Assembly (NCBI GenBank): GCA_020891255.1
Contig: BQFW01000006.1
Location: 806,001-870,000, forward strand
DNA from: Entomortierella parvispora E1425
Lineage: Eukaryota > Fungi > Mortierellomycota
DNA length: 64,000 nt
Direction: 5' to 3'
The position numbers and the translations under genes were made by a program. The notes beneath the pieces are model-generated. The model was not told the origin of the DNA. It searched no databases and was given only the letters and a program-made list of their open reading frames with translations. Positions 12,560 to 23,152 of the stretch are shown here, one piece after another (the stretch's first letter is position 1; each line of letters opens with the position of its first letter).

Positions 12560-12884
12560 GGCGAGCGGTTTAATGTATGAAAAGGAAAAGAGCAAAAATG
12601 AAGGAGAGTGAGGAATAAAAAAAAAAGGCAAAACAGCGAAATCAAGGTGTGGGCCATCTTATTCTTGAAGCAGCTCAACTTCAACGTGTTCGCACGAGAT
12701 GTCTTCTGTTGCCAAGGTGACACAACAGAGGCAGTGCCTTCATGTGGATTTGAAGCGTTACTCGGTTTGATCGGTAGCCCAAAGGCAAAAATAGGTCCTT
12801 CCCAAGCAAGGATGCACGTCATCCTTTTTTTTTTTTTTGTTATTCACTATGAACATGAGGACAATGACGACTATGAGGAGGGGC

Positions 12885-14730
12885 TCAGGCAGGATCTAAA
12901 AGGGCATTGGTGCCTGCCATCTCTGCAAACTCCCAGATCGCCGTGTCCATGTGCTCAAACGGTAGCGCCTCTTCCTTCATACGCTCGATCCCGTCTAGAT
13001 CGTCTTCAAAGGCCGAGCGAGGGGAAATCGACATTCTCTCAACCCGCCTCGTGGTGACATCCATCACCGTCAGATGGAGTGCGTTCCCACAGGTACTTGC
13101 CTCCATCTTCACTCGGATCCTGGCCACACCTTTTGGAGCTGGGGTGATCCCTGAGAATTCCATTTGTCCCAGGAACTTGTTCTCTTTTGTCAGTGCTCGC
13201 TGGCCCTCAAAGACTCGGATCACAACCCGATCCTGGTTATCTGTTGCGGTGGAAAAGTCGACTGTTTTGTAAATGGTTCTGTCCGACATCTCGTCTGCGA
13301 ATCGAAGCATCAGCCCGCCTGTGGTTTCGATCCCCACAGACAAAGGACTGCTATCGAAACAGCAGATACCGCCTTCCTCCGAGTTCATGTACCAGTGACC
13401 TATTTTGGCGGCCCCAAACAAGGCCGTGGTCTCTGGTCGATCCCATCCGAGGTACTCTTTTGGCCAGTCACCATCTGCAAAGTACTCCCTGAGGACTTTT
13501 CGGATAAACGGGATCCTCGCAGATCCTCCTGACAGGACTATGTCTTGGATAGCCTCCTTGCTCATATTGGCTTTCAAAAGTGCTTGATCCACTGCCGATA
13601 TGGTTTTCTCAAAAAGATCCCTGTTGAGTTCCTCGAACTGAGAGCGACTCAGCCGCTCGGAAAAGATGTTTCGGCTCTTAAAAGCAGAGTTGGAAGAGGA
13701 AGGGGACTCGATCTCTATCCTGACTGCATTCTGAGAGGACAGCGATTGTTTCGCCTTTTCAACTTCATGTCCTAACCGTTTCATGAACTTGTCGTCTCTG
13801 GAGAGGTCCTGTGAGGTTCTTTTTTCGTGAGCCAAGATCAAATGATTGACAAGACGCTGGCTGAAGTCCCTCCCACCAAGGTCTGGATCGTGGATGGAGG
13901 ATAAGGTGTCATGGATACCATCATCCCGCTCTACAACCGTAACCCCAAAGGTTGAGCCGCCCAAATGGTAAATGAGTAGATTTCGCACCTCATCTACGCC
14001 ATTGTTAAATAAATAAGAGGACATGACCGATTTCGTGTACAAGCTAGACCACGCTACGTTTGGGTATACATCATGAATGGCCGAGCGTATAGCATCGTGT
14101 CGAATTCTCTCTCCTTCTTTAGGGTCCATATTCGCAGGTTTGACTAGAGCAAGGTTGGCAATCTTCTGACCGATGATCTGCTCCCCAGAGGATTGAAGTT
14201 TTTTCAGATATTTGGCCGTTATGTCCTGTAGAGTCCATGCTTGATATCCAGTGATTTTTGGTCTTGTTGCCGAAGTATCCTTTCGGCTAAAGGCGACAGG
14301 ATGTTTGAGGTTGAAGATGGTATTGAACGGATGTACGAAAAGGTTCTCGTCTGTGCCATCAGGAGTAAACAAGAACCCTTCTGGTGTCCATGCAGAATAC
14401 GTTGGTCCAGGCACCGATAGAATTCCTGGACTGACAGATATCAGCTGGGGCTGATCGCTGTCAGTTACCATACCCAGACGAGTGGTATAAGATCCAATGT
14501 CTGAAAGAACATAAGCATGGCGTATGAATAAGTCAGTCCGGTTGCACGCAAGTCAACGGTGGGGAAAGAAAAATGGGGCTTCCTTTCGGTACAGCTGCTG
14601 GGAAAGAGATGTTGAGATGTTTCTTACCAATGGCCATCGAAGGAATCGATCTTAATCGATCAGCCGCAACTGGCACAGACATGAAGGCCAGAGTGACCAA
14701 GGCAATAAGGGCCATAACAAATCCTCTCAT
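12885..14730 (-). CDS. Divergent secreted Hsp70/BiP-like protein copy B (intact; exons 14730-14628 and 14500-12885)
   Basis: Signal peptide MRGFVMALIALVTLAFMSVPVAA. Spliced AIDIGSYTTRLG, HLGGSTFGV, LGGRDFSQRLV, VEKAKQSLSSQ, IVLSGGSARIP, PLSVGIET and FEGQRALTKENKFLG. No HDEL/KDEL. Confidence 0.85.
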
Positions 14731-15081
14731 GACTGAGGTTTTCGTTTTTCAAGGGAGGGAAAGGGATGAGAGTGACGGAGAGCAGGAGATTGAGGAAAGA
14801 GACAAAACTAAAAAAAGAGGGCAAAGTGAAGCGGACATCTTAGTTATTGGATCAGCCCTACGTACTCCAACGTGTTCGCACGAGGTTCTTTTGCCAGGGT
14901 TACACAAACAAGAGCAATGTGCTTTTACGTGGATCTGCTCCAAGCGTTTACTGTTGTAATGAGGCAAACCAAAGCTGACTTGGACGAAAAGCACATCAGT
15001 TACGATGTTCGTTCTACAGCTGCTGTGCTACTAGTGACTTTTTCCCTTCTCTTTTAATACCGAAATAACAGGCAAATGGAA

Positions 15082-15114
15082 GAGGAGGAGGAGGAGGAGG
15101 AGGAGGAGGAGGAG
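15082..15114 (+). repeat. (GAG)11 microsatellite
   Basis: Perfect GAG run just downstream of the copy C stop codon. Confidence 0.95.
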
Positions 15115-15129
15115 GAACGGAAGAAGAGT

Positions 15130-16472
15130 TCAGGCGGGATCTAAAAGGGTCTTGGTGCCCACTATCTCTGCAAACTTCCAGATCGCTGAGTCCATGTACT
15201 TAAACGGGTTGGTCCTTTCTACCTTGACGTTAGGCTCATCGGTGTTATAGGTTGACCGGGGAGAGAACGACTTCATCACGGTCTGCCTTGTGGCCAAGTC
15301 TATCACCGTGAGATGGAGTATGTTCCCACAATATCCTGCCTCCATCCTCACCCGAATCTGTGGCACACCTCGAGGAGCCGGAGCAATCCTCAAGAGTTCC
15401 AACTGACCCAAGAACATGTTCTCTTTTGTCAGCGCTCGCTGACCCTCAAAGACCCGGATGACAACCCGATCCACAGCCGCAATGGTTTTCTCAAAAAGGT
15501 CTTTGTTGAGATCCTCGAACTGAGAACGAGTCAGCAGTTTGGAAAAGTTGTGCTGGTCCCCAAACGCAGGGCTGGAGGAGGAGGAAACATCGATCTCCAC
15601 CCGGACCGCATTTTGAGAGGACAAGAGTTGTTTTGCCTTTTCGACTTCGCGCCCTAACTGTATCATAAATTTGTTGTCTCTGGAGAGGTCCCGAGAGGTT
15701 CTTTTCTTGTGAACCAAGACCAAATGATTGACAAGGCGCTGGTTGAAATCCTGTCCACCAAAGTTCTCATCATGAATGGACGATAAATACTCAGGAATGC
15801 CATAGTCCCACAAAGTGACAGAGACTCCGAACGTCGAGCCACCCAAATGATAAACGAGGACAGCTGTCTCATCGTCTTGTAGGTCGAATGGATAATACGA
15901 CACATATGATTTCCTGGTCAGTTTGGGCCACGCCGTGTCTGGGTGTACACCGTAGGTAGCCTGACGTATGGCTTCGTATCGATTTCTCATGTCACTGTGG
16001 TCTAAGTTTGGAGGCTCGACTATAGAAAGTTGGTAGACTTTCCGACCAATGATCGACTCTCTAAAGATTTGTAGCTTCCTCAAATACTTGGCCGTCAGTT
16101 CCTGCATGGTCCACACCCGATATCCAGCGATGCTCGGCTTTGCTGAAGAATACGCTAGGCTGTAAGCGAGAGGATATTTGAGGTTGAAGATGGTGTTGAA
16201 CGGATGCACGAACAGATCCTCATCGGTGCCAGCTGGGGTCAACAGAAATCCTTCTGATGTCCATACGGAATACACCGGCCCAGGCATTGAATGAATTCCT
16301 GGACCGACAGAGATCAGCTGAGGTTGACCATTGTCACCTTCAACACTCAAACGAGTTGAATGAGATCCGATTCCTGTAAAAGGCGCAGAGGAGTTTAGTT
16401 CAGTTGCATGCTGGTCGACAGACAGTGAAGAGCAAAGTGGATGAAAGGAAATTGTTTCTTACCGACGCCCAT
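15130..16472 (-). pseudogene. Hsp70/BiP-like gene copy C with a 119-codon in-frame deletion and no recognisable signal-peptide exon
   Basis: Colinear with copy B, but FEKTIAAVD joins directly to RVVIRVFEGQ. The intron 16462-16374 is at the same position as in A and B. The upstream exon offers only MGV after an in-frame stop. Confidence 0.7.
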
Positions 16473-16826
16473 TACTGTAAGGGCCAGGTCAAAGTAGCTA
16501 TAGCGTGTTCATAAATTGTGAGGTGTTTCCTTCTCGATTTGCATGCTCTTGAAAAAAAGTCTTGTGTGTATTCATTTTTTTTAATGTTCAAGTGTCTGTG
16601 AAGGTGTGGGGCGGGAAGAGATGAAGGGGATGGAGTCGATGTGATATGTCTAGTCTCCTTCAATATGGTCATACTTGTTTTTGTGCGGTGGTGATTTTGC
16701 AATAACTTAGTGCTTCTTTGGCGTAGGGGGGCTGAGCAAGAGATAAAAAAAAACGAGTGTGTAAAGGTAAGTAATGAGATAAGATCGTAAACAGGGGGCC
16801 GATCGGAAACAGTCAAAAGTGGCTAC

Positions 16827-18318
16827 TTACTTGTACAAGATCTTGCGAGTCTTGAGACCAGCCCACTTGTGTCTCTTGAGGTAGACTGACAATCCAGTCA
16901 AGAGAGCCAAAAGCGTCAACGCCTTCATACCCATCTTCTTGCGCTCGTCCATCTCGGGCTCGGCAGCCCAGGACAAGAAAATGGTCACATCCTTGGCCAT
17001 CTGCGATGTCGTTGCTGGGGTACCGTCCTCGTATTCAATCAAACCGTCGTAAAGGACACGGGCCATACCAATGGCGCCACCGGGGAAGTAGGGGTTGAAG
17101 TTCAAACCCTCACGGATCTCAACACCAGCTGGGGGATCCTGGTAACCGGTCAAGAGGGAGAAAACGTAGTCGGCACCACCGTGACGAGCCTTGATCATCA
17201 ACGAAAGATCTGGGGGGTAAGCACCAGCGTTTCCGGCACGTGCCTGCTCCTCGTTGGCGTAGGGGCGGGGCATGTAGTCGGAGGGCTTTCCAGGACGGTC
17301 AAAGTAGTCACCAATGTCGTTGGGTCCGTCCTTGTATTCGTGCTCCTCAGCCATGGCCTTGACCTCGGCCTCAGTGTGGGAGACACCAATCAAGTTGCGC
17401 CAGGCAATACGATCAAGAGAGTGGCAGGCAGCGCAGACCTCCTTGTAGACTTGGTAACCACGGCGGATGCTATGTAATATTAAACGATATGGATCAATAT
17501 ACAGATCAAACTCTAGAAAAGTATTGTCTGAATATACGTCCAGTAAGAAGCCCAGTAAGATGTCCTGCAAGAAGTCCCGAGTGATAATTCCTGAACGTGA
17601 GTTTCTGGTGCTCATCGAGCACTTCTTCTTCAAAGTCGGTGATCAGCCATAGCATTGATCCTGTTGGTCGGGTGGTCTGCTTCTGTTTGATATCCAATGC
17701 AGGTTGTCCTGAAGCAATTGCTCTTCGGAATAAACGATCCTAAAGGGTAGACTAAAGCCAGAAGAGGTTATTCGGGTCCTTACGCAGCATGGTCAAAGGT
17801 GGCGAGGTTCTTCTTGTGGTCCCAGGGGTAGACGGGAGCGTGGAGACCGTCGGCCGCCATGTTGGCATCGACAGAGTCCATGGTCATGTAAGCAAGAGCA
17901 CCGACGGTGGCGACACCAGCAGCGGCCACAGACACGTTCTTAGCGTTCTATAAAACACAACGCAGCAAAAAAGGCAGGGAGGTGAGTTTAAAAAAGGGCC
18001 TTCCGTGGCGATCCCATCATGCATGGTCGCACGCGGGTCGATCCGAAACGGTGAATCCGAGATCATTATTTTTAATCCGAGATTCCCGAAAACTGTTGTT
18101 ACCATGCTCGAGGTAGCAGCAGCAGAGCTGGTAGACTGGTGGCGAACCTATATAATACAGTAAAGAGGGCGTGCCATGGTCAGTTGGGCAGATCCAATCC
18201 CGGTCTGGCATCGCTGGGCCCATGAAGGGGTAATTTGGGGTCAGAAGGAAATCTCCGGTACCTGGACAGCGAGACGCTGCACGGCCTGGCGGGTGGATTG
18301 GGCAGAGAGACGGAACAT
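16827..18318 (-). CDS. CYT1: Cytochrome c1, mitochondrial; 4 exons (18318-18262, a 45-nt exon near 18150-18100, 17947-17784, 17469-16827)
   Basis: Presequence [29 protein letters not shown], haem motif [32 protein letters not shown] and the C-terminal TM helix. Confidence 0.97.
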
Positions 18319-19663
18319 TGTGCAGGGGTAGGATATAATAGTGACAGCGGATATTCGTTTCGTTATGGGGGATCTTCCGAGGCTGATCCCAGGCTTGACA
18401 GAGGAAGGATGGAGAGAGAGGGAGGAGGGAGGGGCGACAGATGAATGAATGCAGAGGATGGGCGACTTTTGTTTGCAGGGACAAACCAAGCGACGCGCTC
18501 CGGGGTCACGTGCTATGCTGAACTCTTGACCCTTAAGATCATCCAGTGCCATCCTTGGGCAAAGTGGCAACCGCTTGTTATGTCCCACCCCCTGCTCAGT
18601 TGCCAAGAAGGGTGAGAGAAGCGAGTGTCGTCTTCATCGAGGCACAGTCAGGGTAAATGACGATTTTGTGGCAAAGGCGAAGCATCTCAAGAGAACGTTT
18701 TGCGATAACGACACCATAAAAACGCCATAGAAAAAACGTGCTTCCTTGTATTGGTCACACAAAGACCAGTCAGCCTTGCCATGGTGTCGATGGCGCAGAA
18801 GGTCGAAATAATGACTGTGGGGTCGATGAATCAAAAACCGCAGACGTAGCCTTGGGGGTCAATTGAGCAGAAACGACACAAGGGTCTTTTTTTTGTTTTC
18901 GTTCATCTTCAAGTTCAACCAGCAAGAAGGTGGCAAGGTGGCGACAGGGATCAAGATCAAAGGGCTATTGGCTGTCGGCGGCTCTCCAACGTTGAGCGGT
19001 AACACTGCCTCAGGGTGCCCTTTCCCGAAGGTTATAAATACTTACCACGTTTGGGGAAGTGGTCTGTCCAAAAAAAAAAAAAAAACCTTCTGCATTTCCA
19101 CTCCATCGACTCCTGTCCCTCCTCAGCCATATATCCCGCTTGCTGCAGCGACATCTATCATTTGTGCATCATCCCTCTTCCTCTCTTTCCCCTCGGAGTA
19201 TCGCTGCCCACCTGCGGAACATTATTTGTTCAATAGTTGGCACCGTCGCAGCATCCCCGTTTTTAGTATACTTCAGCCCGCAGTCGCGCAAGGGTTGGTT
19301 CTTGTGCATGTGTCTCCTTGGGCACAGCTGGCACAAACACTTTTTTTTCACCTTTTTTGCTCAGCAATCTTTTTTTTTTCCTCCTCGCTCGCCCTCTCCC
19401 GACTCCAAAGATATAAAACTTTCGCTATTTTCTTTCTTTCCTTCTTTTCTCCTTTCTCTCTTCTCTCTTCTGTCTTTTCACACCAATATCACAAACATTC
19501 TTCGCAGCTGCATTCTTCTCCCAGCTTCCTTGTTTCATATATCCTCTTGCATTACTCATAATCCTTATCGTGTTCACATTCTCCACACCATTCTAAAGAA
19601 GATACAAACCAATTCAAAGCAAACCGCTATCTTCCCTGAGAAAAGAAACCAAATACACCCAAC

Positions 19664-20095
19664 ATGGCTCCAGCTCCACTTCACACAGTCTTTGAGAAGC
19701 ATCTCTCCACGAAACCACCAATGCTGCCTTCACCCTCGATGCAACTCCAATCAATCTTGATCAAGCCGTTCACATTCTCTTCCTCGTCCTCGTCTTGTTC
19801 ATCCGCGTCCGGTTCTCCAACTTCGCCCACATCGACGTCCAGGTCACTTTTTATAAGACGAGGTAGTGACAGTAGTAATTCTTCATCCAATTCCTCCAAT
19901 TCCTCTGTCCATGACTGTTTCCACTGCAGCAGCAGCGATAGCACTGCTGGCGAGGTGTCAACCGGGAACGAGAACCGGGCCGATCAGGACATCAAAGGAT
20001 CGTTCTATCGTTCAGACAATGCCAGGACTGGTTCCGGCTCACTCTCAATAGCATCTACCCAACGTCGTCGAGTTCAATGGGTTGATCAACTATAG
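19664..20095 (+). CDS. Small Ser-rich protein ending in an RVxW motif, 143 aa
   Basis: ATG-initiated ORF after a long pyrimidine-rich leader. Low-complexity Ser body and C-terminal RRRVQWVDQL. Confidence 0.6.
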   Translation: MAPAPLHTVFEKHLSTKPPMLPSPSMQLQSILIKPFTFSSSSSSCSSASGSPTSPTSTSRSLFIRRGSDSSNSSSNSSNSSVHDCFHCSSSDSTAGEVSTGNENRADQDIKGSFYRSDNARTGSGSLSIASTQRRRVQWVDQL

Positions 20096-20693
20096 GCCCT
20101 CCTTCAGTTAAATAAACACAGCCTCCCTCTCTCTTTCCTGCCAAATCCTTTCATCAGGGCAACGTCTCTGGCGCAATATTGCTTTCTGCCCACCTGATAT
20201 CTCTAATAAGATTGATACCAATTTGAAAAGTACACAATCTTTCTTCCAGCCAACCACGCTCTTGAACTGAAACTCTTTGTGTTGATGATATGTTTTTATG
20301 GTAGTGGTGGTTGGTGCAAAACAAAAAAAAGATCTATGTGATGATGCGGTGAATGATGAACGCCCTCTCTTCTCCTCTCCATGTCCTCTTCGATTCTTCC
20401 TTTGCTTACGATGGGATCTGAGCATTTTTAACAGCCCAAAAAAAGCCAACGAAAACAGGCCGTTCTATCTTGAGAGCCGTTTTTTTCGCCGTTACCGAAT
20501 TCAGGCCTCGATTGTCCCGATTAGACAAAAACAGAAGGCTCAATCCTCTCAATCGCGCGCACATTACTCCTTCCTTTCTCTGTTCCTTCTCCTTCTTCTC
20601 TTTCCCTGCATCGACTTCCGTTTCGTCTTCTTTCCTTTGATATCCAGATTCTATTCCTATATTTGTTCTCGGAAATGGTCCCTTTCCACTTCT

Positions 20694-21648
20694 TTAGACC
20701 TTCAACTTCTTCTCGAGGTAACGGACCGATTGCTTATCCATGACAACGATCTGGCGCTTCAACAATCTCAACACATCGGCCTCCTGCATCACAGAAACAT
20801 CGACCGTCTGCAAGTTTCTCGTAGCCCTCCAAAGCTGCTCGTTCTCCTTGCTGGCAACCACCAAGACGGAATCCCAACCATGACGATCCTTGAGCTTTTC
20901 AAAGTCCCGAGTCTTGTGCGAATCCAGAGTAAGGTCGTCCACAATGATCAACTCGTCCTGGGAAAACTTTGTGGAGAGAGCGATACGGAGACCCATATCC
21001 TGGACCTTGCGGGGCAAGTCACTAGAGTGGTCTCTGGGCTTGGGTCCAAAAGCGATTCCACCTAAAAAGAAACGTAGGGGACAAGTTGATTAGAATGATT
21101 GCATTGGGGGTATAGCCCGGGTGCAAGCTACATATACATGAGCCACCAAAAAGAAGGTCCTGATCAGGTCATTTACCTCCACGACGCTGAGGAGCACGGA
21201 GCGAACCCACACGGGCAGCACCACGACCTTTTTGGGGGGCAGCCTTGCGAGTTGTTCCCGAAACATCACTCCTGCCCTTGGTAGACTGGGTTCCCTGACG
21301 CTCGGCATCTCTTTGCCAGACCACGACTCTGTGAAGAATGTCCTTTCTGAGGGGAGCACCGAAAACCTTGCGCTGAAGCTCAATCAGATCTTTAGGCTCG
21401 TTGGACCTGAAGTCCCGAACCCAGGCCTGAAGAGGGGTGTGGAAGACGCTAAGTGGTTGTTGTTGTTGTTGTTGTTGCTGGATGGGGGAGGCTGTGTTGT
21501 CAGAGGCGGGTGCTGGTGATGAGGGGGTAGTGTCGATGGCCTCGGCACGGGCTGTTGTGAAAGAGGAGAAGCAGGAGACGCGCTGGGCGCCGGCTGTCCG
21601 GGCAAAGAGCGAGGTTGCAGGCCGGCTGACTCTGAGCAAGGAGGCCAT
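20694..21648 (-). CDS. YML6: Mitochondrial ribosomal protein uL4m; exons 21648-21177 and 21061-20694
   Basis: [60 protein letters not shown] and LPRKVQDMGLRIALS, plus an N-terminal targeting peptide. Confidence 0.95.
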
Positions 21649-23152
21649 GTCGATGGTTTGATGGGGTGTAGGAGAGAGGGAGTGAAAGAGAGAGGAGAGA
21701 TGTTGACGAGAATGGCCGATGTAATGTCTGTCCGTTTGTCCGAGTGGTGGAGTTGTGTGGAGGGTCGTCCCTGGAGGTATAGGGGACCGGTGGCTTGTGT
21801 ATTGATTGATTTGACCTGACTGATCACGTGGTCTTCGTTCACGTGACTGATTTTTGGCAATGAGCGAGCGTAGATATTCGCACAGTCTGCATTATCGAAC
21901 ACAGGTGAGTTGCTGAACTTGAGAAAGTCCTGTTTTGAAGGTGGGACAGGGCGCTCAAATAATTGAATAGTCCCCTAGTCAGTTTTCTTGTTGATGCTCA
22001 CACTGGTGCCCGTGGCGCCTGTTGTTTGGTCTGTTGATGTATTGCATATATGCATATAGGAAAGTTGAGGCGTTGCATCGTCCTTTTGCCGTTCACGCAA
22101 TCTCGCGGTTCGTGGAAATCAATTGGTTTGTTGTGGTGCACTCCGTCACCATATCACCAGACTGTCATTGACGTTCCACGTATGTTCAAAAACACCTTTG
22201 TTCCTGGATCTTCTGTCTTTTGTCTACAGCACTAGACCCGATTATCAAAAAAAAATAAAATGTTTCGACTCTTGTGTGCACAGTATGTACATGTACCTTA
22301 CTTTGTTTTTTCTTTGACTATACCAAATGAGCTCTCATTTTGAGGATTGCGTCTGTTCGTAACGCCTTGCTTTCTGATTAGAGAGTTATTCCTTAATGAT
22401 TTGTGTTCAGAGATCATCCGGAGTTCCCTCCTCTCAGCAATGGCGGTGAGCACCACAGAAATGATAGCCAACTTTCACACCGAAGGGTCAGGCCCTGACC
22501 AATAGCAGACAGCAGGGTGCGGCCTTTTTTTTTTTTCTTCTTCTTTCTGTTTGCTCGTTTCCTCCTTTGCACTGTCCCGCTGGTCTGTCGAACCCAAAAA
22601 AAGAAATTAGAAAGTGGCAGCTGGACATTTTTTCTTTTTTTGTCTGTTTCCTGTCCCTGTGTTCGTCTTTCCCTTGCATCGCCGTATCGAACGTACCGTC
22701 GTTTCCCTTTGTTTCCGTCGTTTCCTCACTTCATTGCTTTGCTGTCCTCCTTCCCCGCCCTCAACCACCGGTACTGTTCACTCAAAGCATACAGGGCGCT
22801 GTTGGCGTGTTCTCTCTTTCTTGCTGTTGTATTGTCTGTGCCAACAACATCTTTCTCCTCATCTCTCGTTCCCTCATCCCTGCCATTTCGACATCAGTCC
22901 GTTCACTTATTTCACCCCTTCATCATTTTCAATTCTTCTTCCTCTCCTTATCGCAATCCATCACTGAACACCCTCCAACCTCATCCTTCCCTTTTGACAT
23001 ATCATCATCATCATCTCACTGCTTCTTTTCTATCCGAAAGAAAGCCCATCTTTGTTCCTGAGTCTTTCCCGAGGACGGACAGCAACCAAAGGAACAGGAG
23101 CACGCGTTCCTTTTTTTTTTTCTTCTTTTTTTTTCACACTGAATCTATCACG

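Noticed and set aside
17470-17783. Long CYT1 intron as a snoRNA host or small ORF ([12 protein letters not shown]...)
   Set aside because: No convincing box C/D or H/ACA arrangement. The ORF has no ATG context or recognisable homology.
22517-23152. N-terminal extension of the 613-aa ORF in the track
   Set aside because: A Phe/Leu/Ser-rich translation of pyrimidine-rich 5' UTR from a non-ATG start. The real start is probably 23153.
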